A stretch of 64,000 nt of DNA, taken from Cyanophora paradoxa CCMP329 (Eukaryota > Plantae > Glaucophyta). Positions 1 to 12,721 of this stretch are shown one piece after another. A program made the translations under genes and the position numbers. How positions within the stretch are numbered: the first letter of the stretch is position 1; every line of letters starts with the position of its first letter. The notes under the pieces were generated by a model. That model was not told where the DNA came from, did no database searches, and worked only from the letters and a program-made list of their open reading frames with translations. The stretch spans positions 62,001 to 126,000 of the forward strand of contig QPMI01000047.1 in assembly GCA_004431415.1 (NCBI GenBank), read 5' to 3'.

Positions 1-216
1 GCGAGCTGCCGCGCTGCCCTGACCGCATGCGACGCGAGCGGACGCTCAGCTCTCCACCACGCGATCCTCGCCGGCCGCGGCCATGAGGACGTCGCCAGGT
101 GCGACCGGCATCACATGTCCAGCTGCAGCTGAGATGGATCCGCTGACTCGCGCGCACACACGCGCGCGTGCGATTGCAGGCTGCTGCGCGCCAGCGGAGC
201 GCGCGCAGGCGAGCTG

Positions 217-3200
217 GTGCACTCGCCGACCGACGCGCTGCACCGCGCCGCCGAGCGCGGCGACACCGCGGCCGCCGAGGTGGAGCGCCTGCTCGCGGCG
301 GGACTGGACCCGTCCTCCGCGGACCCGCGCAAGGCCCGCTGGCGCGGCGAGGACGGCGCCGACGTCGACGCGCCCTCGTTCGGCTCCGCCGTCTGCGCCG
401 CCGCGCGCGCCGGCGCCGCCGCCCTCGTCATGCGGCTGCTGGAGCGAGAGGAGGCGCGGGCCTGGGAGCAGCTGCCGTCGTCGTCGGAGGGGCGGGCCGG
501 CGCCGGCGGCGAGGGCGAGGGCGTCAAGGTGCGTATCGCGGGGCACCTGGCGCGCAACGGCGAGCGCTTCTCGGACGCCCTCCTCTTCGCCGCGGCGGAG
601 GGCGGGAACGCCGCACTGCTGCGCTGGCTCCTGGACCGCTACGCCGGCGACTGGGACGACTCGCGCCCCGTCATGATCAGCCGCGCCTCCGCCGACTCGG
701 GGGCGGACGAGGCGGTGAACGATCGCATGGCCTCCCGCTTTCCCATGGTCCGCGAGCTTTAAACTGCGCATGCTCTTGTTCGAAGTTTCGTTCTATATTC
801 TAACGCCGGACAGCTCTCGATGCGGACGACTCCGCTGCACGGGGCCGCCTTTGCGGGGCGCCTCGATATCGTGCGGTGCCCGCTTTTCAGTGTTCTACCG
901 CCCGCCCCCCCCCCCCCCCCCTCCCCCCCGCCCCCCCCACCCCTCCATCTTGTCACCGAGCGGGTACCCCCAGGTACCTCGTGGAGGAGAGGCACGTGGA
1001 CCCGGACCCCCAGCATGCCGTGCTGGGTACCCCCTCCAGTGCGCTTGTACCCCCCGCCCACCCCCCTCCCCCTCCCCTGCCCACCCCGGCCTCAGGTGCG
1101 CGGCGCGGCACGGGTGGGAGGGCGTGGTGCAGTACCTCTGCGCGAGGGGCGCCGGCGCCAAGGAGCCCTACGGGGCCGACGACCCGTGCGAGGGCCGCCC
1201 CCTCTTCGAGGCGGCGCGGCTCCTCCAGCGAGGCACGGACTCGGCGTGGCCGCCGCTGCTCGACGCCGTCGGAAACGGGCACGTCGGCGCGGCCCGGCTG
1301 CTCGCCGCCCGCGGCGCCAGCCTGCGCGCCAGGGGCCGGCCTCGGGCCTTCGAATTCGAGACGGGCGGGGACCCCCCCGAGGCCCTCCTCACGCCCCTCG
1401 AGGTGCCCTGTACCCCTCTAGACTTTCTCCCTTCCGCGCCTCCGATTTCTCGATGTACACAGGTCGCTGCGGCGCGGGGCCAGAACGGCTCCATAGAGTG
1501 AGTCCCTCCGCTGTCCCCGCGCGCGGTGCCCTGGCCTGGTCTGATATCGATGTACCCCGCCAGGTGGCTGCTGGAGCAGGGGGCCCCCTTGGCCCCCGTC
1601 GGGGCGTCGGCGCTGTACCTAGCGGCGCGGGGCGGCCACGAGGCGACCTGCCGCCTCCTCGTCGCCCGCGGCGCCCCCGTCAACGGCAGGTGCGGCCAGA
1701 ACAGCCGCACCCCGCTCCACGGCATTGCCGCGGGGTACAGCAGGCCCTGCGTCCTGTGCGCGCGATCCCGTACCTTTACCTCCTTCGAAACCACGGCTGA
1801 TCTGATATATATCGATCCATCTCCCCAGCGCTCTGCTGGAGCTCGGCGCGAATCCGGAGGCGCGGGACAGGGCGGGCGCCACGGCGCTGCACGCGGCGCT
1901 GGCGGAGGGCTGGCGCCGGCGGGCCGGGCCGTCGCGCGGCTTCGACTGGAACAGGGGGGAGCCGGACCCGGACGCGCTCGAGGCCGAGTCGGAGAGGCTG
2001 AGGCGGGAAAGCGGGGACCCGGAGGGGTGGGCGGCGCGGGCGGCTCTGGAGGCGCTTGAGGAGCGGGACCGGGTCGACGCGGTCCGGGCGCTGCTGGAGG
2101 GGGCGGCGGGGCGGCGGGCCAGCGCGGCGGCGGCGGAGGCCTCCGGGGAGGGCGGGGCGCCTCTGCACCTGGCCGCGTGGGGCGCGGCCCCCGCAGAGGT
2201 CTTCGGGTGCCTTCTCTTCATGCTTAAGCTTGCCTCTAGATCTGCTCACGTTGGATTGCTTCGCCTGCGCAGACTGCTGATGGCGGCGGGGGCGGACGTG
2301 AACGCGGAGACGGCGGGCGGGTGGACGCCCCTCGCCCTCGCCGCCGGCCGCTGCGCCGCGCCGGTCCTCTCGCTGCTCCTCTCCCATGGGGCCGACCCCG
2401 CGCGGTGCCCTCGGAATCCCTCCAGGCGCCTGCCGGAGACGCCCTTCGCGCCCGGACCGCCCCTCTGCGAGGCGGCGCACCGCCCGGCGGCCCTCCGAGC
2501 GCTCCTCGGGGCCGGGGCCGACCCGAATGCAGCCGACGCCGACGGCGCCACGCCGCTCCTGCGCGCCCTCCTGCGGCGCGCCCCCGACGCCTGCCTGGAG
2601 ATCCTGCTGGAGGCCGGGTCCGACCCCGGCCGCCCCTGCGCCCGCTTCGGCGCGCCCCTGGTCGTCGCGTGCGGCTACGAGTCCCGCGGGAGCTCGAGCG
2701 TCTGCTGCCCGCCTCGCTCGCCGGCCATCGTGCGGCGCCTGCTGCAAGGCGGCCGGGCGGATCCGAACGCGAAGGACACGGAGGGGGCCACGCCGCTCGT
2801 TCGCGCGCTGCGCCACGGCAGCGGCGCCGACGGCGAGGCCATCGTGTATGCCCTCGCCTCCACCTTGACCGCTGCGCTCAGAACACGATCCCCGCCGCAG
2901 GCACGCTCTGCTGGACGCAGGGGCGTCGCTCAACGTCGAGTCTCCTTGGGGCACGCCGCTGCACGTCGCCTGCTACTACAGTGCGCAGAAACGCGAACGT
3001 AACATTTCTTCGCATTTCCGAAATTGAATTTTCCGCAGGCGATTTCCTCGGCGACGATCGCGACGATCGCGACGGCGACGGGCGGAGGCCGCAACGGGAG
3101 CCGCTCTCGCCTTCGGTGGCGGGTCGATTGCTGTCGATGGGGGCCGACCCTAACGCGCTCGCGGCGGCGGGGCGCCTCGGGGTCTGCAGCCCGCTCCACG

Positions 3201-3930
3201 CCGCTGTCCAAGTGAGCCGCATTAGATCTGCTCAGCGTGATCATGAGGTGAACTTCGCTGAAATTCGCGTGTGCAGGTCGGGCCGGCCTCGAGGGCGGAG
3301 GAGCTGGTCCGGATACTGCTGCGGGCCGGCGCGAACCCAAACGCCGCGACGCTGGCAAACCCGGGCGAGGCGGGGGAGCAGCAGGAGGGCACCGGCGAGA
3401 CGCCGATCGCGCGGGCCCCGACCCCGTGCGGCCCCCGCTCGAATCTAGAATTTAAATTTTAAAGGAGATGATTTTAGATTAAACACATGAGATCTTCAGA
3501 GACAGTAAATAAATGTGCAGATAAGCGTATAGAAATTAAACGAAGCTGAGGCGGCGCAGGGAAATCGCGCGCCTGCTCCTGGAGGCGGGGGCGGCCCTGG
3601 ACCCGGCCTCCGTCCCCGGCGCCGGCGCCGTCTCGCCCCTCCTCACGGCGCCCGCCGGCCCCGTCCTGAGGCGCGCGGGCCCCAGCCCCCCCCCCCCCCC
3701 CCCCCCCCCCCCGTCCCTCTGATTTAAGCGTGCAGGATGCTGCTCGAGGAAGAGGCTGCGCGGCTCGGGCCGCCGGGGCCGCCCGCCCCGCCGCCACGCG
3801 GGCCCCCCGGCCCCAGTACGGGCGGCACGGCCCGCTGGTCGAGGCGCGCCCTGCCCTGCAGCCAGGCCTCCCGCCGTTTTCTCGGGGCCGCTGATCATGA
3901 GCCGTTATTTCGCAGAGGATGGACGGCATT
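217..3930 (+). CDS. Multi-exon ankyrin-repeat protein (host), >15 ANK repeats; boundaries approximate
   Basis: Repeated ANK motifs across frames, separated by short GT/GC..AG introns: DALHRAAERGD, TTPLHGAAFAGRLDIVR, PPLLDAVGNGHVGAARLL, SALYLAARGGHEATCRLLVARGA, GWTPLALAAG..LLLSHGADP, ATPLLRAL, CSPLHAAVQ. Confidence 0.85.
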
Positions 3931-4129
3931 GCGGCGGGGTGCGCAGATTGCAATTTTAACTGAACTTGTCTGCTGCTCGTCATTAATTGCAATTGCTGCA
4001 TCCCGCAGCTTCGCGGCGGCCGCGCGGCGCGCAGAGGACGCCGAAACAGCCGCGTGCGCTAGCCCCTTCGTAAACAGAGCGCATAATTAGCATCGCCTGA
4101 CGTCGACGTCGCGATCGCGCGCGCGCGCC

Positions 4130-7100
4130 AGGCTGGCGCTCGACCTGCTCCTCCTCTGCGAGGGCCCCATCCCCGCCGCCGACCTCGAGGCCCGAAGCGC
4201 CGCGGCGGCCGCCCGGCCCGCCCTCGCCTCCGCACGGCGCCTCCTCGCCCTCGAGGGCCGCCTCATGCAGCCGCCCGACGTCGACCCCGACCCGCGTCCC
4301 GGGGCGGAGGAGGACGGGGGGGCGAGCAGCTGCAGCCCCGGGCCCCTGCTGGAGGCCTGCGGCGCCGGCTTCCGCCTCACTGCCCTCCGCCTCGCCCGCT
4401 CCGCGGAGGACCCCCAGTCCGCCCCTCTCGGATCGAGCGCTTAAATTTCTTCTGAGCGAGGCGCAGGGAGGCGCTGCCGCACGCGGTGCGGGGGGGGCCC
4501 CGCGTCCTCGGCGCCTGCCTCGCCCTCATCGCCCGCGGTCCGCGTCCGGGATCCGCCACGCCGCCTCAAGCTCAAGCCCGACCGCGGGCTCAGGGGCGGA
4601 CCCGACGCGGGAGGAGGAGCCCTGCGCCGGCGCCGGCTCCGCGCGCGATCGCGATCGGGATCGCCGCGTGATCGTCCAGGCGAGCGAGCCCGTCCCTCCA
4701 ATTCGAATTCGAATGCATCCGTGTGAACTAAATTAAACCCGCCCCGCCCCGGCCGGCAGCTGCACCCGGACGTCTCCTTCCAGGCCGCCCTCAAGCGCGC
4801 CGCCGGCGCCCGCGACCTCTACATCTGGTAGCCCCCCTCCCCTTCCCCCCCTCCCTCCCCCTCCCAAATCGAAGATTTAGAGAGCAGCGCGGACAGCGCT
4901 GCGAAGCGAAGCAAGCTTTTAAGGCTGCGCCGAGGCGTTAACATTAGCGGCTCTGCAATATGGGGCGCGCTACTACGACGTCTCGCATAATTCTAGATCT
5001 AGATATGCTACGACGTCTAGATCTTACATAATAATGCATCTGCACCCTCTCCGGCTTCAATTTGTCCCTGATCGGTGGCTCGCGCGCTCTGCGACTCTCG
5101 CGGGCTCCAGCTACGGGGAGGGCGACGAGGCCTTCGCGGGGCGGCTCGCGCGGGGCCTCGAGGAGGCGCACGTCACCTGCCGCGTGCGCGCGACGAGCTC
5201 CCTCCCTTTCCCCCTTCCTTGCGAGACGTCCGGCCCCGCGGCGCGCGCGTGCATGTGCGCAGGTCGCCGAGCCCCATCGCGATCGCGAGCCCGGGCTCGA
5301 GCGGGGACCCGACGTCGAGGTGAGAGCGCGGCTCCGGCTCCATCCGCCCCTCTTTCTACAAAGCAACGTTGCACTGCGCTGCGCGTTGCGCAGGAAGCGG
5401 GCCCCGATCACGACCCGGAGCCGCTGCGGCGGGCGCAGGCGCTCGTCTTCGTCGCGGCGCCCGCCGCGTGCTCCTCCCCCCGCTGCCGCGCCGCCCTCGC
5501 CGCCGCCCGCGCCCTCCGCCGCCCCGTCTTCCCCCTCTGGCGCCAGGCGCGGCCCGCCCCTTTCTCCTAATTATATAAGCTTCCTCTGGTGTGCTCTATA
5601 AGCTTTTAATAAGTCCGCCCCTTTCTCCTAGTTATATAAGCTTCGAAATTCCTCTGGTGTGCTCTGACTGCAACTCGCGCCACGCAGCAATGCCCCCTCG
5701 ACGACGAGCTGCAGGCCCGCGCGCTGCTCTTCTCTGCCGCACGAGGCAGCGCCCTCCGAATCCGTCGACTCATCGCCCTCTGTTTGCAGGGGTACCTCCT
5801 GAAAAGCCAGTTCGCGTGCGCGCGCAGATTCTTTCTTTGGCTTCCTCTCTCTTTCCTGACCTCTCCCGCCCCCGCCCATCCGTCTCGCAGGGACTTCACG
5901 ACGTGCCCGCCCTTCAGCTTCTTTGACCTGCTCTCCCTCCGGAATTGCTGAGTTCCCGACCCGTCGACGCCGCAGGGACGAGCTGCTGGAGAGGGGCCTC
6001 GCGGCCTTCGCGCACACCATCTCCCACCACCTCTCCGGCGCCTCCACGGGCGCAGCGGGGGCCGCGGGGGCCGCCGAGGCGGCGGCGGTGGCGGCGGCTG
6101 CGGCCGTCCTCGCGCTGCCGGGGGCCCGGTGCGACCCGGAGGGGTCTTCGCCCTTTCTCTTCGTGTGGTTCCACAAGGCGGACGCTGCGTTCGCGGGGCA
6201 GCTCGCCCGCGGCCTCGCCCACCGCCGCGCCCCCTGCTGGCTCGAGCACCCCGTGCGCAGTCCATCAACGTGTATTATAATTAGAGCTTCGAATTCAAGA
6301 TTAATTAGAAATCTAGAGCTTCGATGCCACGATATCGATGAAGCTGCTGAATCGGTGGTGATCGAAGTATATACGATGAAGAGATATCAAAGCTATATGC
6401 ACTAGAGCTTTATGTGCAGGGTTGCTGATTTATCTGACCGCAGGGCGTGGCGAGCTCGAGCTCGGGGTCGCCCTCCAGCGGGGACGGCGACGAGGGCGCG
6501 AGAGCCGTCGTCAAGGTCGGACCTAGGCCTCCGCGCGCCTTATAATTAGCTAGCGGATCGGACGCGCGCTGGCGCTGACCGCCCGCTCGCTCGCGCCCGA
6601 CCAGTGCGCAGCCTTCGTGCCGATCCTCTCGCCGGCTGCCGCAGGGGACCCGTCTCTCAGGGACCGCCTGCAGGCAAGGCCTAGGGCGCTTTCGAATTTC
6701 GAAACTAAGCTTAAAAGAGAAGCTTGCTTGAATTCAAACCAATTAGCGATCCCACGGATATGATACGAGCTTAACGAATTTTTTCGAATGCTATTGACAG
6801 CTTGCGGAGCTGAACCAGCGGCTCGTCCGGCCTATCTTCCTCGCCGACTCGTGGGTACATATATATTCGCAGCGGTCGAAGTCTTGTGGGGGTACTGATC
6901 GTTTTTCGGCGCAGGCGTCCGAGCTCGAGGATCTCCTCGCGGGGGAGCGTTCCTTCGTGTTTTTCGCGGAGGGGAACGTCGCCCTGCTCGCCGTGAGCTT
7001 GGGCTGTACCCCCCCCCCGCGAAAACGCCCTCGGCGTGAGACTAACGTACCCCCAGACCGTGGACGAGCTCGCGGCGTCCGTCCCGCGCCTGCGGCCGCC

Positions 7101-7425
7101 GCGCGCGAGCGGGCTCCCGGGTCCGGCCGCGGTGCCGGGGGCGCAGAGCCGGGGCGAGGATGTTGGCGAGGCCGGGCTGGCGGAGAGGCAGCTGCGGGCG
7201 CGCGTGGCGGCGGCGCGGCGGCGCGTGGCCGAGCTTGAAGCCCGCCTTTCGTCCCTGGCCATGGGCTCGAGCGCGAGCGAGCAGACGCCGACGCGAGCCA
7301 GCGCTGCGCCAGCGCTGCAGCGGGCGCCGGGGCGAAGCTCGGGCTCTCGCGATCGAGCCAACGTCGTCCCCCGCCCGCCCTCAAAGACCCCCCCGCCCGG
7401 CTCGCAGACTTGCTGCGTGTTCTAG
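4130..7425 (+). CDS. Multi-exon tandem TIR (TIR_2-like) domain region with C-terminal coiled coil; may be the 3' half of the ankyrin gene
   Basis: Spliced TIR1: DLYIC|YGEGDEAFAGRLARGLEEAHV...LRRAQALVFVAAPAACSSPRCRAALAAARALRRPVFPLW. TIR2: FLFVWFHKADAAFAGQLARGLAHRRAPCWL...CAAFVPILSPAAAGDPSLRDRLQ|LAELNQRLVRPIFL. Then AERQLRARVAAARRRVAELEARL. Confidence 0.7.
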
Positions 7426-7833
7426 CTTTCTGCGTGGTCACTGAGCAGTCACTTTAGCTCACAGGGCAGCGACGTTTATCCGACGATGATCTGTACACGT
7501 AGCAAGAGCGATCTTTACACCTATCTGCAAGGCTTATAATCAAGTATCTGCAGCTTGTATTTACTAAGCAATATCAATTATAAGGTGCGACGTCGAACTT
7601 AAAAAATAATGCATATGCTGGCAGATCGAAAGTTCGAGGTACGGTCGGCTAATTATATAAAAAGAAAGAAATTTAAAGTTCTGTCGCGCTATATAACTTC
7701 ATCTAACTCAGAGGCTCTCTCGAGGTCGGCTAAAAAAAAAAGAAAGTTCTTTCGCGCTCACTAAATCTACATCTCTACTTTTGAAATCTGAGCTAAGCCC
7801 GGAGCCGGTTACGAGAGAGTCGCCATCTCATGA

Positions 7834-8720
7834 TCACTCCGCGTCGCGATCGCTGGCCATGGGCTGCAGGCCAATTGCAAGGAAGGGGCACGAGGGGTCG
7901 TGGGGCAGGAGGGAGAGCGTCTTCGCGACGACGGCGCCGAGCCCCTCCTGCTTGGACAAGGCGCGGTCGAATCCCGCGGCGCTGCACTGCTCCCGCAGGG
8001 GCCGCGCGCGCACGTCCAGAGAGGTCCAGAGCACGAGGGCCGATCGGCAGCTCGAGGGCGCACCGCCCCCGCTCGAGCTCGGCCTGCCCGCCTCCGCACG
8101 GCGTATCGCCTCGGCGGCCTGGTCATGATCATGCGGACCGGGCAGGGTGTCAGTGATATCGCGATTTCGATCGGGAGCAGACAATTTAAGCGCAGGAAAC
8201 ATGAGAAGGGGTTGGGAAGGCACCTCGAGCCCCGTCAGAACTGGCATCTCGCAGTCGAGCACGCAGACATCGAAGGGACGGGCTCCGGCCGCGAGCAGCT
8301 CGCAGAAGGCCTTCACCGCCTCCTGTACACGCGAAGGAGGAAGAGGGAAAACGGAAAATAAGAAAATGAAATCGAAGGCGACGCGCGCGCTGCTAGGCTG
8401 GGCCGGCCCCGGCCCCAGGCTAGAGCTAGCGCCTGAGCTTCTCATAGATCATTAAATTCAAATTTGGGGACCGTCGACGTCGATGCGGGCCGGCACAAGC
8501 GCGCACCCTGCCATTGTTCACGGATCGAACGGATCCCTTGGGGCACGCGGCGCCGAATGCGCGCTGGGCGATGGCCCTGTTCATCTGTGCACGAGAGTCT
8601 TAATTCGATTTGAAAGAGGTGATCATGAAGGCGTCTATGGAGTCTTTAATTGAGCTGCCGGGCTCGGATTCGTGATAAATAAAGCACCTCATTATCGTCA
8701 GCAATAAGGATTTGAAGCCG
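7834..8720 (-). CDS. Response-regulator receiver (REC) domain protein, spliced; 5' end not resolved
   Basis: Exons join as ILIADDNE|MNRAIAQRAF..VNNGR|EAVKAF..FDVCVLDCEMPVLTGLE|AAEAIRRAE..LWTS..AGFDRALSK. Acidic pair, phospho-acceptor Asp, T/S and Lys are all present. Confidence 0.8.
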
Positions 8721-9543
8721 GCAGGAGCAGAGCGGCCTCGCGATTGCAATCCGGCTCGATGCTTGGCACCCCAATCGCGATCGCGAGCTCCGCCACTTGC
8801 ACGCGCGGTCAGCATCGGCCCCCGCGATGCACGTATACATGTCAACGTGTATGGTGGCCATATGCATGCATATGAAGCGGTCAAGGCATCTGTCCACATG
8901 CACAGGCGCCGTACTGCAGCTGGTGCCACTATCGCCTCGTACGCGTACGGAAGAATTTGAAGTCGAGGTGCGGGCGGTCCTTGCCGGACCGTCAAGCTTG
9001 ACAACGCCGCGGGCGGTACCGGTGCGACAAAGGTAATTGCAGGGCACAGAGGCTCTGCGCGCCGTCTGCAGCCGCCGGCTATGGCCAACGAAGTCGCGAT
9101 CGATCGCTTCCACTTCGACGTCCAGGGATATCGACGCGCAGAGATGGACGGACCGCCGCCGGTTTCGAGTCGTTTGCGTCCGCGGCGGCGCCGGCGGACG
9201 CAGGCCCGAGGGACCCGAAGCTAAGGGATCGTACATTCCATGCTTACGGTCATTTTGCCAAGTTGCCAGGGTTGAGGCCCGCGCTGGAGCGCCGGCGGCC
9301 GCTCCGAGAGCTCTAGATACTGAGATCTTGAGCTGAAGTACTGGCGCAGCAGCTAGCACTGCAGGCTGCAGCCCCGGGCCCAAGCCTAGTAGGACGAGAT
9401 TCCCGATCGCAAAGAATTTGAAGCTCAAAATCTACGGTCATCTACCAGCTGCAGCTGCAGCCTGCAGGCAGCAGACTCAGTGACTGCAGCAGACTCTGAG
9501 ATGCTGGCCAGATGCTGGGCCAGCCTGGCACTATATATATATA

Positions 9544-9785
9544 CTGTAGAATCTGTTAATTTAGTACAGGAAAATAATTAGTACTTCGCCAAAACTGCCA
9601 CTTTAGCGGCTGGTAAATCTTTAGTAGGTCGGTCTTCGCAGGGCTTTTAAAATTTGTATGGCGGAGACGGGGCTACCCCTACAAAATCTCGGCTTTAGCA
9701 GGCGGGAAATATTTAGTAGATCGTCCAAAAACTTTTCATTTAGTACTATAAATATGCAGCCTACTAAATATTTCTAGCTCTCCAG
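9544..9785. mobile_element. MITE-like element, TA target (Tc1/mariner-pogo type)
   Basis: Imperfect termini CTGTAGA..TTTAGTA / TACTAAA..TCTCCAG, flanked by TA on both sides; AT-richer than the surrounding DNA. Confidence 0.5.
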
Positions 9786-9787
9786 TA

Positions 9788-10046
9788 CCGTGTAACAGAA
9801 TATTAGTTCGCGCATAATATTAGTTCGGTACCAAATTAGTGCGTTTTTTGCCGTGAAAACGCACTAATTTGAGACCGCACCAATAAAAGGACACTAAGAA
9901 AATGCCGTAGGGGTACGGTTTGTACCCCTCGCCCCAGACACTGGAAACGAAAAAACGCACTAATTTGAGACCGAACTAATTCCTTTGGTCGGGGTCGGGG
10001 TCTAAAAACGAACTAATATCGTGCGAATTAATATTGTGTTACACGG
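9788..10046. mobile_element. MITE, TA target, CCGTG termini
   Basis: TIR CCGTGTAACAGAATATTAGTTCGC vs reverse complement of the right end CCGTGTAACACAATATTAATTCGC (22/24); TA flanks, the left one shared with the preceding element. Confidence 0.7.
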
Positions 10047-10928
10047 TATAGTACGAGGCTGGCATCCTGCAGCTGCAGCCTGCAGCCTGCCGCAGTGCAG
10101 GCTCAGCCAGCTGCAAACTGAGCGTTAATGAGGCAGTGCGGCCTGTGAGGCTGTGCATGCATATATGCCATGATCGACGGACACAGTCACTGATGAGTCA
10201 CTGACTCAGTGAGTGTGTGGCACTGCAGCTGTGTGCACTGTGCAGCGGGCCCGCCGGCGGGCCGCCGGCGCCGCGGGCCAGCGGCGCCGGCAGCGGTACT
10301 AGTACCCGGGTCCGACGGTCACCGGGTCCCGGGACCGTACTACGCATATACTACTAGGCTAGTACGGTGAAGCTCCGGTCCGGAGTCTCCGGATCGATAT
10401 CCGGTCCATAATCCGGATCATCGATATACCGTAGTACCGGTATCCGTGATCATCATAGTATCGGCCCTACAGTCCTACTATCCGATGATCGGAATCATCG
10501 GATCTGTATGATACTGTATCATATAAGGTCCGGCGACTCCGGCCCGGCGCGGCGGCCAGGCCAGAAAAGCGGCTCAAAAGCCTGGCCAGCTGGAAACAGC
10601 GGCGCGTGGCCAGTGGGGAGGGGCGCAACCGGGCCGCAAATTTGGCCCGCAAGTTCCGCAACCCCCTCCCTGCCTGGCCGCCGTGTGGCCGGACCTATCC
10701 GAGCAAGTTTTTTTATCATCACTGACGACTCACTGACGAGTCAGTGACGAACACGTCACTGAGTCAGTCAAGTTTCTAGATCATTTTTGTTGGCGTTTCC
10801 GGCCCCTGAATTTCGAATCGGGCCCTGAATCCCTGATAGATTTCCCAAATGGTCCGGAATCTCGCGATTGAATAAAAAACTTGAACACTGAGCTGTGAAT
10901 AGCCTGTGATAGCAGTTGCAATTGGATC

Positions 10929-11012
10929 CCGACTCCCGACTCCCGGGTCCCGACTCCCGAGTCCCGACTCCCGAGTCCCGAGTCCCGACTCCCGAGTCCG
11001 GATCCCGGACTC
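10929..11012. repeat. GACTCCC/GAGTCCC heptamer array (host low-complexity repeat; also 12230-12370 and 53140-53194)
   Basis: Direct reading of tandem CCGACTC/CCGAGTC units. Confidence 0.8.
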
Positions 11013-11139
11013 CGGAGGGCGAATCGATATCATCCGATGATCGGCGATTCGCCGGGAAGTTCAACGGTTCGCCCCACTCCACGGGCAAGCGGGGCCCCAG
11101 CGGATTACTACCGGCACCTATACTAGTAGTACCGTAGTA

Positions 11140-11398
11140 CTGTAAACGTACGGCACTTTATTTCGCCAAACCCGAAAATCCTTGCGAAAATTAATCCATC
11201 AGCGTCTTGATTAATAATTCGCCACCCGGGGGGCCCGCCCCGCGACTTCGCCATACACGATACCTGCTTGATAAGGATACAACTTCATACAAGGCTTAAT
11301 TCGCCACCGTCAAATCATTGAATATTCGCCAGCGCGAGCTCGAGGGTCTGGCGAATGTAGTCGAAATTAAGCGCTGGCGAATATTCGTACGTTTAGAA
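11140..11398. mobile_element. MITE-like element
   Basis: (TA)CTGTAAACGTACG vs reverse complement of the end (TA)TTCTAAACGTACG; internal TTCGCC/GGCGAA subterminal motifs. Confidence 0.5.
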
Positions 11399-12471
11399 TA
11401 CTAGAGTAAACGTTAAGGTTATACCGCACCGACATGTCGACGTCGGAGCTCGAGCTTCGACATTCGGTTCGATCGACATGTCGAATGTCGGCACGATATC
11501 GATCATCGATGTCGGCGAGGGCGACCGACATGTACAATATTAATGTACATGCATTCTGTACGTCACAACTCCGGCTTTTATAGCCGTACGTAGTTTTAAA
11601 TTGCCGTAACTTAGTAAATTGCCCAGAGGCCGAATTCGCCAATATAAAGCATCGGAAATGTGAAACGTTGCTGCGGGCAGTAAAATGGGCCGATTAGGGC
11701 GAACGTCTGGATTCGGCAATTTATCGCCAAGGCAATTAATATTCCGGTTTTCAAAGTTTGGGAGAATTCGGCAATATTATGCCGCAATATTACTCCAGGG
11801 CGATATCGATTTAAACCGTCCCTGTACCGGTTTATTCCTTCGAACGTGTGAACCAATGAGCGACGGAGCCAGCTCAGCCAGTGAGAACTTGTGCATGACA
11901 TGATGTGACTCATCATCATTGATGAGTAAGAATTGCCATTGTGACTCTTGTGAGTCCTGAGTCTTGAGCTTGTGAGTCCGACGGTCAGTCTTTTGAGCCT
12001 CGGAGTCACTGAGTCAGTCACGCCGAAGTTCGGCCGAACTAGCTATAGTTTTGACCGAACAGTCACGCCGAACTAGTTCCGCCGCACTCGTACTTCCGCG
12101 AGCACCGCGACTTCCGTCGCAAAGAATTGAATTCCGTACCTGCCATGAACCTTCCGAAGTTCCTCCGATCAAACTAGAGAAATTGTTTTATTCAACTGTC
12201 ATTTTTTTAACGGTCATTTTTTTAGGTCTGGACTCCGGATCCGGATTCCGGAGTCCGGAGTCGGGGTCCGGAGACTCGGGAGTAATACGGAGTCGGGAGT
12301 CGGGAGTCGGGACTCGCCGAGTCGGCCCGGCGGGACTCGCGATCGGGAGTTCGGACTCCGGGACTCGGGTGTCCGGACCGTCCGGTACTACGGTAGTGCC
12401 GTGCACGTGGACGTGGGCCGCCCCCGTGGCGCGCCGCGCGCGTGCATGCGGCGTACGCGTGCGTACGTAGA

Positions 12472-12721
12472 CTGTTAAACGTGCAATATCCAGCGCGGCT
12501 AGACTTCGGCAAACCCCGAAAAATGCGACGAAATTGTGGACAATTTGTGGTTCGATTTTCATCACGTGCACTATCATATTTTCGGCAACACATGTGTACA
12601 GTCAGTCCGCCTAGGCGGCGGTACATTGATCCCTCTTCTGTCATACATCTGCACATGTACGATTCTGCTATGCCGAAAAGCGCCGAATATTTAGTTCTGC
12701 CGGAGATTTCATGTTTTACAG
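12472..12721. mobile_element. MITE-like element
   Basis: CTGTTAAACGTGCAATATCCAGC vs reverse complement of the end CTGTAAAACATGAAATCTCCGGC; right flank TA, left flank GA. Confidence 0.5.

Noticed and set aside
11584-11830. A further MITE
   Set aside because: Similar size and composition to its neighbours, but I could not define convincing TIRs or TA flanks.
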